NCBI GenBank assembly: GCA_009886115.1
Contig: VFJJ01000111.1
Coordinates: forward strand, 1-64,000
Direction: 5' to 3'
Length of the DNA stretch: 64,000 nucleotides
DNA from: Actinomycetota bacterium
GTDB taxonomy: Bacteria > Actinomycetota > Acidimicrobiia > IMCC26256 > VFJJ01
Positions 17,968-28,749 of the stretch are shown here, piece by piece. How positions within the stretch are numbered: position 1 is the first letter of the stretch; every line of letters starts with the position of its first letter. Under the pieces are notes generated by a model. The model worked only from the letters and a program-made list of their open reading frames with translations. It searched no databases and had not been told where the DNA came from. A program made the translations under genes and the position numbers.

Positions 17968-18087
17968 ATGATCGACCCCGTCGTCTTGCGCTCGATGCCG
18001 AAGGTGCAGCTGCACTGCCACCTCGAAGGCTCGCTGCGGGCACCCACCCGATCACCCGAACCCACCATCCGAAATGGAGCACGATGA
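17968..18087 (+). pseudogene. Adenosine/adenine deaminase N-terminal remnant (39 aa)
   Basis: Manual translation MIDPVVLRSMPKVQLHCHLEGSLRAPTRSPEPTIRNGAR*; PKxxLHxHLEGS is the ADA-family N-terminal signature. Confidence 0.8.
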
Positions 18088-19292
18088 GGACCCACATGCA
18101 CGCCACCGGAACGAAGCACTCCCGTCGTCGGTCACGCTCGGCGAAGCTCGCTGCCCTGCTCGTCGGTGTCGCGCTCGTCGCCGCCGCGTGTGGCGACGAC
18201 GATGCGGCGACGACCACCGACGACAGCGCTGCGGCCGAACAGAACGCGACGACCACCGTCGAGGCGAGCTCGCCGGCCGCGGCCGGTGACTTCAGCGACC
18301 TCAAGGTCGTGATGATCCTCGACGGGTCGATCGACGATGGTGGCTGGAACACCGCCCACAAGTTGGGCGGCGACGCGATCTCGGCGGCGTTCCCCGGCTC
18401 AACCGTCGAGTACGTCGTCGAGATCGCCCCGGGCCAGACCGCCACGAACGCCTTCGAGGACGCCGTGGCCGCCGACGCCGACGTCGTGATCGGCACGACC
18501 TTCTACCAGGACGACATGATGGATGTGGCCGCGGCCAACCCGGCCGTCACGTTCCTCACCTGGGCCGGTTTCGAGACGGCGCCGAACGTCGGCCACTTCG
18601 ACGGCGCTTCCGAAGACGGTCGGTATCTCGACGGCATGGTCGCCGGCAGCCTCACGGAGTCGAACGTGATCGGTTACGCGGCGGGTTTCCCGTACAACGA
18701 GGTGAACCGGGCGGTCAACGCGTTCACGCTCGGGGCCAAGGCGGTCAACCCCGACGTCGAGGTGCAACTCGTCTTCCTCAACACGTGGTTCGATCCGGCC
18801 GTCGAGCAGCAGGCGGCCGAGGCGCTCGTGAACGCCGGCGCGGACGTGCTCGCCCACGAGGTCGGGGCCCAGGTGTACGCCACGGTCGCGGCCCAGGCCG
18901 GCGGCTATGTGATCGGCTATACCAACGACTGGTCGCAGATCGAGCCCGAGGCGTGGGCATCGTCGTTCCTCTACAACTGGGGCCCGTACTACGTGAGCCA
19001 GGTGCAGGCCGTCGTCGACGGCACGTGGGAGCCGGCGATCACGTTCGGCGGCTTGAAAGACGGCTTCATCAGCTTCGCTCCGTACGGTCCGGCGGTGACG
19101 CCCGAGATCCTCGCGCTGGTCGAAGCCAAGAAGCAGGAGATCGCCGACGGCACGTTCGACATGTTCGCCGGTCCGATCACCTCCAACGCCGGCGTCGTCG
19201 TGGTCGCCGAGGGCGCCACGATCCCGTTCGAGACCCGCACCGAATGCTGCCAGTGGCTCGTCGACGGAGTTGTCGGCGAGATCCCCGGTTGA
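18084..19292 (+). CDS. BMP-family ABC substrate-binding lipoprotein (nucleoside/purine)
   Basis: Lipobox AAAC; DGGWNTAH, NAFTLGAKAVNPD, WFDP, WGPYY. Confidence 0.92.
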   Translation: MRTHMHATGTKHSRRRSRSAKLAALLVGVALVAAACGDDDAATTTDDSAAAEQNATTTVEASSPAAAGDFSDLKVVMILDGSIDDGGWNTAHKLGGDAISAAFPGSTVEYVVEIAPGQTATNAFEDAVAADADVVIGTTFYQDDMMDVAAANPAVTFLTWAGFETAPNVGHFDGASEDGRYLDGMVAGSLTESNVIGYAAGFPYNEVNRAVNAFTLGAKAVNPDVEVQLVFLNTWFDPAVEQQAAEALVNAGADVLAHEVGAQVYATVAAQAGGYVIGYTNDWSQIEPEAWASSFLYNWGPYYVSQVQAVVDGTWEPAITFGGLKDGFISFAPYGPAVTPEILALVEAKKQEIADGTFDMFAGPITSNAGVVVVAEGATIPFETRTECCQWLVDGVVGEIPG

Positions 19293-19295
19293 TCC

Positions 19296-20912
19296 ATGGA
19301 CGCCACGGGCGTCAAGGGGGATGACACCCGAGCGGTCTCGCTTCAGGTCAGGGATCTCAGCAAGTCGTTCTACGGCGTGGCCGCCGTAGACGAGGTCAGC
19401 TTCGACCTCGTCTCCGGCGAGATCCACGGCTTGCTCGGCGAGAACGGGGCCGGTAAGTCGACACTGTGCTCGATGCTGGCCGGGCTCTACCGGCCCGATT
19501 CGGGACGGATGCTGCTCGACGGGCAGACGGTGCACCTGCGCTCGCCCGAAGACGCGGCCACGCTGGGAATCGGCATGGTGTACCAGCACTTCCGGCTGGT
19601 CGAGCGTTTCACGGTCGCCGAGAACATCGTGCTCGGCCGCGGCATCGGGGTGGGACGCCAGGCGCGGCGCGACGTCGAGCGGCGCGTCCACGAGCTGGGC
19701 GAGGAGTACGGACTCGCCGTCGATGCGTCGAGAGCGGTCTGGCAGCTCTCGGTCGGTGAGCGCCAACGCGTCGAGATCCTCAAGCAGCTGTTCCGCGGCG
19801 CCAGGGTTCTGATCCTCGACGAGCCGACCGCGGTGTTGGCACCGCACGAATCTGATCGCCTGTTCGAGGCGGTACGGCGGATGGCCGACGCCGGGCACGC
19901 GGTGGTGCTCGTTTCGCACAAGATGCAGGAGATCCTCGGCCACACCGACCGGGTGACCGTCCTGCGGCGCGGGCGCAACGTCGGGTCGGGCGAGACCGCA
20001 GCGCAGACCCATGCGGCGCTGGCGGCGATGATGTTCGGAAGTGAGCTCGCCGGTGTGGGTTCAGACGTGGAGCACTCCTCGCGTTCACCCGGCCCGACCG
20101 TGTTGAAGGTGAGCGATCTCCGTGTCACCGGCGACCACGGACGCGCTGCAGTAGACGGAGTGTCGTTCGAGGTTCGCCGGTTCCAGATCGTGGGCGTCGC
20201 TGGCGTCGCTGGCAACGGCCAGCGCGAGCTCCACGAGGCGCTCGCCGGGTTGCGTTCGGGGGTGACCGGATCGATCGAGATCGACGGCCATGACCTGTCT
20301 GGCGCCGGCCCCAAAGCACGCCACCGGGCCGGGTTGGCGTACGTACCGGAGGACCGGCTCGGCACCGGCCTCGCTGCAGGGTTGACGATCGAGCACAACA
20401 TGGTGCTCCGATCGTTCGACAGGGCTCCGCACTCCGCGGCCGGCCGGTTGAAGGCCCGCGCCATCCGCGAAACCTCCGGGCGGCTGGTACAGGAGTTCGA
20501 CGTGCGAGGCGCGCGCGATGGGATGCCTGTGAGCTTCATGTCGGGTGGCAACCTGCAAAAGGCGATCCTGGCACGCGAGCTGACCGAGGACCACGAGGTG
20601 CTCGTGGCCGCCTCGCCGACGCGGGGCCTCGACATGTCAGCCGCGGAGACCGTCCGTGGGCACGTGCGGCGTGAGCGGAGTACCGGCCGCGGCGTGCTCC
20701 TGTTCTCCGAGGACCTTGCCGAGGTGCTCGAGCTCTCGGACGTGGTGCTCGTGATGTTCAAGGGTCTCATCGTGGGCCGCTTCGAGCGCGACGACGTCGA
20801 TGTCGAGCACGTCGGCCTCCTGATGACCGGCGCTTCGGTGACCGGCGACGAGGTTCACCGGGGACACGAGGACAACCAGTCAGGTATCAGGCATCGGAAG
20901 GTGAGCCTGTGA
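19296..20912 (+). CDS. ABC transporter ATP-binding protein (two NBDs, CUT2 type)
   Basis: GENGAGKST, LDEPTAVL, SGGNLQK, PTRGLD. Confidence 0.95.
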   Translation: MDATGVKGDDTRAVSLQVRDLSKSFYGVAAVDEVSFDLVSGEIHGLLGENGAGKSTLCSMLAGLYRPDSGRMLLDGQTVHLRSPEDAATLGIGMVYQHFRLVERFTVAENIVLGRGIGVGRQARRDVERRVHELGEEYGLAVDASRAVWQLSVGERQRVEILKQLFRGARVLILDEPTAVLAPHESDRLFEAVRRMADAGHAVVLVSHKMQEILGHTDRVTVLRRGRNVGSGETAAQTHAALAAMMFGSELAGVGSDVEHSSRSPGPTVLKVSDLRVTGDHGRAAVDGVSFEVRRFQIVGVAGVAGNGQRELHEALAGLRSGVTGSIEIDGHDLSGAGPKARHRAGLAYVPEDRLGTGLAAGLTIEHNMVLRSFDRAPHSAAGRLKARAIRETSGRLVQEFDVRGARDGMPVSFMSGGNLQKAILARELTEDHEVLVAASPTRGLDMSAAETVRGHVRRERSTGRGVLLFSEDLAEVLELSDVVLVMFKGLIVGRFERDDVDVEHVGLLMTGASVTGDEVHRGHEDNQSGIRHRKVSL

Positions 20913-22078
20913 TCGGCAGGGTCATCGTCACTCCGAGAGCCAAGCCGTCGCCCCTCGTGCGCGCCGGCGTTCCGCTGCTCTCATTGCTCGTCGCCCTGGC
21001 ATCCGGAGCAGTGATCCTCGTGCTCACCGGCGCCGACCCGATCGAGGTCTACCGGACGATGTTCGACGCCAGCCTCAACGGCACCGCACCGATCGAGCGC
21101 ACCCTCACCTACGCGACGCCGTTGATCCTCACCGGCCTTGCCGCCGCGATCGCCTTCCGCATGCGGGTGTACAACATCGGCGCCGAAGGGCAGTTGTTCA
21201 TCGGAGCGATCGCAGCGAGCGGGCTGGCGCTGAAGCTGCCGAGCACCACGCCGAAGTTCGTCATGGTCGCGGTGATGCTGCTCGGTGGAGCGGTGGCCGG
21301 TGCGCTCTGGGCCGGGTTCGCAGCCCTTCCGAAGGCGTTCTTCGGTACCGACGAGATCGTCACCACGCTGATGCTGAACTTCGTGGCGCTGGCGTTCATG
21401 AACTACCTGATCTTCGGGTCGTACTCCTTTTGGCGTGACCCGAGCCGCCCGGTTCCGCAGGGCAATGCGATCCCCGACTCGGCGGTGTTGCCGACGATCT
21501 CCGGGCGGTTGCACGTCGGCTTCCTCATCGCGGTCGCTCTGGCCGTGTCGGTGTGGCTCCTCGTACGGGGCACGACGTTCGGGTTCCGGCTTCGAACCAT
21601 CGGCGACTCGCCACGGGCCGCCCGCTACGCCGGGATCGGCGTGCCGGTGGCAACCATCGCGGTGTTCGCGATCTCGGGCGCGCTCGCCGGCGTCGCAGGC
21701 GCCATCGAGGTCTCCGGCGTCACGAATCGTCTCGACCCCAAGGCGCTCGCGATCGAGCTCGGATACACCGGAATCGTGATCGCGACCGTCGCCAGGATGC
21801 ACCCCCTCGGCGTGTTGCCTGTCGCCGTGCTGCTCGCCGCCGTGGCGACGTCGGGCAGCAGCATGCAAGCGATCGGCGTGCAGTCGGAGGTCGTGGTACT
21901 GCTCCAGGGCCTGATCTTCTTGTCGGTGACCGCGGGCGAGTTCTTCGTCACCAATCGTCTCGGTCTCCGCCCGGTGCCTCGGGGCGGACCGTCGGAGCCG
22001 GTTGAGGCTCTCGCCGACGCGGGCGACGTTCCTGATGCTGCCGATTCCCTGCGGGCCTCGGTAGGAGGTGCGTTGTGA
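20909..22078 (+). CDS. Nucleoside ABC permease 1
   Basis: NIGAEGQ, EIVTTLMLNF, multiple TM segments. Confidence 0.92.
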   Translation: MIGRVIVTPRAKPSPLVRAGVPLLSLLVALASGAVILVLTGADPIEVYRTMFDASLNGTAPIERTLTYATPLILTGLAAAIAFRMRVYNIGAEGQLFIGAIAASGLALKLPSTTPKFVMVAVMLLGGAVAGALWAGFAALPKAFFGTDEIVTTLMLNFVALAFMNYLIFGSYSFWRDPSRPVPQGNAIPDSAVLPTISGRLHVGFLIAVALAVSVWLLVRGTTFGFRLRTIGDSPRAARYAGIGVPVATIAVFAISGALAGVAGAIEVSGVTNRLDPKALAIELGYTGIVIATVARMHPLGVLPVAVLLAAVATSGSSMQAIGVQSEVVVLLQGLIFLSVTAGEFFVTNRLGLRPVPRGGPSEPVEALADAGDVPDAADSLRASVGGAL

Positions 22079-23022
22079 ACGACTCCGTGCTGGTGCTGTC
22101 GATCGCGAGCGCGGTGGTGGCGGGCACGCCGATCCTGTTGGCCGCGCTCGGCGAGATCATCACCGAACGAGCTGGCGTGATGAACCTCGGCGTCGAAGGG
22201 ATGATGCTCGTCGGTGCCGTGGCGGCGTTCTGGTGCGGGACGCACACCGGGAGCCTCCCGCTCGCGCTGATCGTCGGCGGGCTGGCCGCGGCGGCCCTCT
22301 CGCTCGTGCATGCCGTGCTTGCGATCACCCTGCGGGTCAACCAGACCGTGTCGGGCCTGTCTCTCGTGATCGTGGGGAGCGGGCTGTCGGCGTTCCTTGG
22401 CAATCAAGGCGATTCGCCGCTCCTCGAGGCCCCCAACGGCGTCGATGTCGGCCCACTGTTCCCCGAGGCTTTCGCCGACATACCGATCGCTGGCCCGATC
22501 GTGTTCGGCCACGACGTCGTCGTCTATCTCACACTGATTCTCGTCGGGCTGACCGGCTGGGTGCTCTACCGCACCTCGGCCGGGCTCTCGCTCCGAGCGG
22601 TCGGCGAGGATCCCGCCGCAGCCGACGCGGCCGGCTTGGGCGTGGTGCGCATCCGCTACCTGGCCACGGTGATCGGCGGGTTCGGCGCAGGATTGGGCGG
22701 CGCCTACCTCGTCCTCGCGGTGCTCGGCACCTGGCAGACGGGCATGACCGCCGGAGCTGGATGGATCGCCGTGGCGCTCGTCATCCTCGCCGGTTGGCGC
22801 CCGTGGCTCGCGTTGATCGGCGCGTATGCCTTCGGCGCCCTCCGGGGCTTGGGCTTCACGCTTCAGATAGCCCGCGTCGACATCCCGAGCGACTTCCTGG
22901 CGATGATCCCCTTCGTCGCGGCGTACCTCGTCGTCGTGCTCGTGAGCGCCAGCCCCGCCAGGTCCCGGCGAGTCGCGGCGCCCGCCGCATTGGGAGAGCC
23001 CTACAACCGCGAGCACCGCTAG
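22075..23022 (+). CDS. Nucleoside ABC permease 2
   Basis: ERAGVMNLGVEGMM, LRAVGEDP, PAALGEPY. Confidence 0.92.
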   Translation: MNDSVLVLSIASAVVAGTPILLAALGEIITERAGVMNLGVEGMMLVGAVAAFWCGTHTGSLPLALIVGGLAAAALSLVHAVLAITLRVNQTVSGLSLVIVGSGLSAFLGNQGDSPLLEAPNGVDVGPLFPEAFADIPIAGPIVFGHDVVVYLTLILVGLTGWVLYRTSAGLSLRAVGEDPAAADAAGLGVVRIRYLATVIGGFGAGLGGAYLVLAVLGTWQTGMTAGAGWIAVALVILAGWRPWLALIGAYAFGALRGLGFTLQIARVDIPSDFLAMIPFVAAYLVVVLVSASPARSRRVAAPAALGEPYNREHR

Positions 23023-23117
23023 ATCCCACTCGATCCGCGTGGCCGGAGCTCACGTCACCAACCACGAGCGCCTTCGCACGGGCGCGGGACCCGCGCATGG
23101 TCGCGACCCTGACCATG

Positions 23118-23143
23118 ATTTCCCCTACGGGCATAGTGGTATT
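23118..23143 (+). promoter_or_regulatory. Palindromic operator upstream of sufC-sufS-sufU
   Basis: atttcccctacgggcatagtggtatt; 22/26 identical to the reverse complement of 39591-39616. Confidence 0.7.
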
Positions 23144-23170
23144 TGTCGAGGATCGATCTAGACTCCGATC

Positions 23171-23964
<794 letters not shown>

Positions 23965-23968
<4 letters not shown>

Positions 23969-25209
23969 CCCCCGTTCCTGCGCACGCCGATCTCACGCAC
24001 CTGAAGGCCGACTTCCCGATCCTCGACCGCATCTCGCACAGCAAGCGGCTGGTGTACCTCGACTCGGCGGCCACGGCCCAGAAGCCGACCGCGGTGATCG
24101 AGGCCATGAACCGGTACTACCGCGAATACAACGCCAGCGTGCATCGCGGCGTCTACGAGATGGCCGAGGAGGCCACGGCGGCGATGGAAGGGGCCCGGGC
24201 CCGCATCGCGCGATTCATCGGTGCCGCCGAGGCCCGGGAATGCATCTTCACCCGCAACGCCACCGAGGCCGTCAACCTGGTCGCCCACGCCTGGGGACGG
24301 TCGACGCTGAGCGCTGGCGACGCCGTGGTGCTCACGCAGATGGAGCACCACGCCAACATCGTGCCGTGGCACATGCTGGCCGCCGAGCGGGGCATCGAGA
24401 TCCGCTGGATCCCCGTGTCGTCAGAGGGTGTGCTCGACATCTCGGGCCTCGACCGATTGCTCGACGGCGCCCGGCTGCTCGGCGTCACGGCCATGTCGAA
24501 CGTGCTCGGCACGATCGTCGACGTGCGCCCGCTGGCCGACGCCGCCCACGCCGCCGGCGCGCTCGTGCTCGTCGACGGTGCCCAGTCGGTCCCCCACCTC
24601 CCCACCGACGTGCAGGCCATGGGCGCCGACTTCTTCGTCTTCTCGGGCCACAAGATGCTCGGCCCCACCGGTATCGGCGTCCTGTGGGCACGCGCCGAGC
24701 TGCTCGAGGCCATGCCGCCCTTCCTCGGCGGCGGCTCGATGATCACCGACGTACGTCTCGACGGGTTCACGCCCATGGAGATCCCCTGGAAGTTCGAGGC
24801 CGGCACGCCCGCCATCGCCGAGGCCATCGGGCTCGGCGCTGCCGTCGAGTACCTCGAGGCCGTGGGGATGGAGTCGGTACGAGCGCACGAGGTGGCACTC
24901 ACCCGGTACGCCCTCGCGATGCTCGCCGATCGCTTCGGTGACCGTCTCGAGATCTTCGGACCCACCGACGCCCTGGCCCGCGGCAGCGTGCTGAGCTTCC
25001 AGCTCGGCGGCATCCACGCCCACGACATCTCTCAGGTCCTCGACCAGGAAGGTGTCTGCGTGCGGGCCGGGCACCATTGTGCCAAGCCCCTCATGCGCAT
25101 CCTCGGCGTGCCGGCCACGGCTCGAGCGTCGTTCTACGTGTACAACGATGAGGCCGACGTCGACGCGCTCGCCGACGCCCTCGAGGCCGCCGAGAAGTTC
25201 TTCGGCTGA
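23965..25209 (+). CDS. sufS: Cysteine desulfurase SufS
   Basis: YLDSAATAQKP, SGHKMLGPTG, RAGHHCA. Confidence 0.96.
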
Positions 25210-25261
25210 CGACCGTCCCGTCCCGTCACCGGAGCCACAGCCCTTCACCGGAGCCACAGCC

Positions 25262-25741
25262 ATGAGCGGACTCGAAGACCTGTACCGAGAGATCATCCTC
25301 GACCACTACCGCGCCCCCCGCAACCGGGGTGAGCTGCCGGTTCCCCCGGCCCACAAGACCGAGGGCTTCAACCCGCTCTGTGGCGACGAGGTCGTGCTGT
25401 ACGTCGAGCTCGACGACGACGGCGCCGTGCGCGACATCCGCACTGCGGGGCACGGCTGTTCGATCAGCCAGGCCTCGACCTCGATGATGAGCGCCGCGGT
25501 CAAGGGCAAGAGCCGCGCCGAGGTCGACACGACGATCAGGGCGTTCAAAGCCCTGATGTCGATCCACGAGGCCCGGCTGGTCCCCGAGGGATCCTCCGGC
25601 GACAGCGACACCGATGAGGGCTCAGCAGCCGAGGTGAACCTCGGCGATCTCGAAGCGCTGCAGGGCGTGGTCAAGTTCCCGGTGCGCATCAAGTGCGCCA
25701 CCCTGGCCTGGAACACGTTGCAGCAGGCTCTCGCTCCGTAG
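25262..25741 (+). CDS. sufU: SUF system NifU-like protein SufU
   Basis: LYREIILDHY, NPLCGD, GCSISQAS, RIKCATL. Confidence 0.95.
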   Translation: MSGLEDLYREIILDHYRAPRNRGELPVPPAHKTEGFNPLCGDEVVLYVELDDDGAVRDIRTAGHGCSISQASTSMMSAAVKGKSRAEVDTTIRAFKALMSIHEARLVPEGSSGDSDTDEGSAAEVNLGDLEALQGVVKFPVRIKCATLAWNTLQQALAP

Positions 25742-25779
25742 CCCCTGCGTTCTCCCGGGCCGGCGGGCCCTGCTCCTGG

Positions 25780-27489
25780 TCACGTGGGGGCGACGAGGCT
25801 CAGGTACGACTCGAAGTCGATCGCGGGACGGGCGGCGCTCCAGAGGAAGCCCTGGGCCTGCTCGAGACCGTGGTGCACCAAGCGCTCACGTTGGCTCTCG
25901 CGCTCGACGCCCTCGGCCACGACGCGGAGATCCAGCGATCGGGCCAGGGCGATGATACCGACGACGATGGCCTCGGCGACATGGTCGCGGTCGATGGCGC
26001 TCACGAAGGCCCGGTCGATCTTGACGGCATCGATGGGGAGCTCGCGGAGGTACCCCAGCGACGAGTACCCGACACCGAAATCGTCGACAGCGATGTGCAC
26101 GCCGAGCTCTCGGAGCCGCGTCGCGACCCCCAGGCAGGCCTCGATGCCGGGCATCAGGGCCGTCTCGGTGATCTCCAGGCACACCGCCGATCCGTCGACC
26201 TGCTCGCGCTCGAGCGCCTCGCGCGTCAACTCGACGAGCTGCGGATCGCTCAGGTCCCGGGCCGAGATGTTCACATGGAGCACGAAACCGGGCCCGACCA
26301 CTCCACGCCGAAACCACTCACCGAGCTGGCGGATCGACTCGACGAGGACCCAGGTGGTGATGACCGACGTCGCTCCCGCCTGTTCGGCCAGGGGCACGAA
26401 CGTCGCCGGCCCCAGCAGGCCCAGCTCGGGATGTTGCCAGCGCACCAACGCCTCGGCCCCTTCGACGGTCTGCCGATCGAGGTCGATGACGGGTTGATAG
26501 TGCAGGACCAGCTCGTCGGCCATCACCGCCGAACGGAGCTCGTTGCGGAGGCGGGACTGCTCGACGACCTCGATGCGCACGGTGTCGTCGAAGAGCTGCG
26601 CAGCGCCCTCGCCACGCAGCCGGGCGCGCTGGCCGGCCGCCGACGCTTCGCGCAGCATCGTCTCAGCCGACTGCGGCCCGCCGACATGCCAGACGACGCC
26701 TGCGTGGGCCGTGAACGCGAGGTTGCGGCCGGCGACGGGGTAGGGCTCGTCGAGGACCTGGAGGAGGCGCTGGGCCGCCTCGAGCGCATCGTGCGGGGTG
26801 AGCGTGGCGTGCACCAGAGCCACGAACGACGCCCCCGCGAGCCGCGCGACGACCCCGCGGCTCCCATGGAACTGGGCCAGGCGCTGCGCCGCCTGGGCCA
26901 ACACCGCGTCGCCGGCGTCATGCCCGACGAGCTCGTTCACCGACCGGAAGTCGTCGATGGCGACGACCACGACCGCGAAGGGGGAGCCGGCCACCGTGGA
27001 GGCGTCGATCGCAATCTCGAGCTCGCGCCGGAAGGCCGTCCGGGTGGCGACACCCGTCGCCGTGTCGAGCTCGCTGCGACTCCGGGGCCCCTGCACCAAC
27101 GAGGTCAGGTCGGTGATCTCGACCACCATGGCCCGGTGCAACTCGCTGGGCCTCACGGTCATGAGGGCCGGGACCGTTTCAGCCACCGCATCGACCAGGC
27201 GCCCGTAGACACGCTGGATCCGACCCGTCGAGTGCACCCGGTTGAGGGTCCGGAGGATGGGCGCGATGTCCTCAGGGTGCACGATCGAGGTGAAGCGACT
27301 GGTGGCGGCGCCGGGGGCCCGGCCTACGAGCGTCACCAACGCCTCGTTGACGGCGAGGCACCAGGCGTCAGCGCTCACGAGCGCGGCCGGTAGCGCAGAG
27401 GCCAGCACCTCCCGAGCCCCGCTGCGTCCCGGCACGTCCCCTGATTCCCGCCCACCGCCGAAGCGGCCAGCGACCCGATCCTTGAGCAC
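25780..27489 (-). CDS. PAS-like + degenerate GGDEF + EAL protein (probable c-di-GMP phosphodiesterase)
   Basis: GHDAGD..RLAGASF (GGDEF lost); EALVRW, EITE, DDFGVGYSS, VAEGVE intact. Confidence 0.88.
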   Translation of the reverse strand: MLKDRVAGRFGGGRESGDVPGRSGAREVLASALPAALVSADAWCLAVNEALVTLVGRAPGAATSRFTSIVHPEDIAPILRTLNRVHSTGRIQRVYGRLVDAVAETVPALMTVRPSELHRAMVVEITDLTSLVQGPRSRSELDTATGVATRTAFRRELEIAIDASTVAGSPFAVVVVAIDDFRSVNELVGHDAGDAVLAQAAQRLAQFHGSRGVVARLAGASFVALVHATLTPHDALEAAQRLLQVLDEPYPVAGRNLAFTAHAGVVWHVGGPQSAETMLREASAAGQRARLRGEGAAQLFDDTVRIEVVEQSRLRNELRSAVMADELVLHYQPVIDLDRQTVEGAEALVRWQHPELGLLGPATFVPLAEQAGATSVITTWVLVESIRQLGEWFRRGVVGPGFVLHVNISARDLSDPQLVELTREALEREQVDGSAVCLEITETALMPGIEACLGVATRLRELGVHIAVDDFGVGYSSLGYLRELPIDAVKIDRAFVSAIDRDHVAEAIVVGIIALARSLDLRVVAEGVERESQRERLVHHGLEQAQGFLWSAARPAIDFESYLSLVAPT

Positions 27490-27688
27490 CCGTTCCCACC
27501 CCGTAGCGCGAGCCCCGACAACGACATCATCCCGGTGCCGACGACCGGCGGATAGAGGAGTTTACGGGTTTCTTGAGGCTTGAATTCCCTCTGCCCGATT
27601 TGTCCCCCAGAGGGCTGCCTCACCGGGTCGAGAGCCTCGGGCCCGGGCCGACCGGGACACCCATCGGCTCCATCGGCCCCATCGGTTC

Positions 27689-28339
27689 CTAGGCGGCGTC
27701 GACGATCGCCAGCACCGACTCCAAGAACGTGACCAGGACCTGGCGCACCGAGGCCCGGTCGCGGGCATCGACGAGCAGCAGCCGGTCCCGGTCGGCCAAG
27801 CCGAGCTGCTCGTGTGCGTGACGGCGGTCGCGGTCGGCGTCGGTCCACTTGTTGAGCGCGATCACGTGCGGTGCCGGACCGAGGCTGCGGAAGTACTCGA
27901 GGATCCGAGCCGCAGACCCGAAGCCCTCGGTCGTGGAGGCGTCGACCAGCAGGATGAACCCCAGCATCCCGCGGCTGGCGATCTCCCACATGTAGTCGAA
28001 GCGCTCCTGACCGGGGGTGCCGAACAGGTACAGCAACACGTCGTCGTCGACGGCGATGCGCCCGAAGTCGATCCCCACGGTGGTCGTTCGCTTGGGTCTG
28101 GTGGTCTCGCCCGAGATCTCGGCATCGGTGTCGACCGGCCTCACGGTCGAGATCGTCTGCACGAAGGTGGTCTTGCCCGCACCGACCGGGCCGGCCACGA
28201 CGACCTTGTGCGACTGGAGGGGCTGCGGCTCGAACGAGGGACGACGGGTTCGCTCGACCATGCCGGCCCGAGCCAGCTCGCGTACCCGTCGGACCGACGC
28301 CGCTCCACCACCCAGGGACACCGGACGGGGCGCCATCAC
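27689..28339 (-). CDS. Small GTPase, MglA/CvnD-like
   Basis: GPVGAGKTT, TTTVGIDFG, LFGTPGQERF, NKW. Confidence 0.9.
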   Translation of the reverse strand: MMAPRPVSLGGGAASVRRVRELARAGMVERTRRPSFEPQPLQSHKVVVAGPVGAGKTTFVQTISTVRPVDTDAEISGETTRPKRTTTVGIDFGRIAVDDDVLLYLFGTPGQERFDYMWEIASRGMLGFILLVDASTTEGFGSAARILEYFRSLGPAPHVIALNKWTDADRDRRHAHEQLGLADRDRLLLVDARDRASVRQVLVTFLESVLAIVDAA

Positions 28340-28704
28340 TGCAACAGCTCGGCGAGGGTCTCGGACACGACCTGGGCCTCGAGGAAGACCAGTCCGAGGT
28401 TGGCGTGGACCGTGGTCGCCACGGCCAGCGTGGCCCCGACACCCGCCAGGTCGTAGACCGCGAGGCAGCCGGCATCCCCGCGGATGACCGTCTCCAGGAC
28501 CGGCCCGACGCCCACCGTGCTGGCCACGCGATGGCTCAGGCCGGCGACGGTGGCCGCCAGCGCCGCCATCCTCGGCACCTCGACATCGGGCAGGGCGGCG
28601 ACGATGGGCAACCCGTCACTCGCGGCCAGGACGGCTCCGTGGGCGTCGCCGGTGGCCTCGATGAACTCGTGGATCGCGTCCTCGAGCTCGGATTGGCGAC
28701 TCAC
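28336..28704 (-). CDS. Roadblock/LC7 (MglB/CvnB-like) protein
   Basis: GAVLAASDGLPI, RMAALAA, ANLGLVFLE. Confidence 0.88.
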   Translation of the reverse strand: MSRQSELEDAIHEFIEATGDAHGAVLAASDGLPIVAALPDVEVPRMAALAATVAGLSHRVASTVGVGPVLETVIRGDAGCLAVYDLAGVGATLAVATTVHANLGLVFLEAQVVSETLAELLQ

Positions 28705-28749
28705 GTGCCGGCCATCCGAAGCGTCTCAGCGGTCGGGCAACTCGCCATC

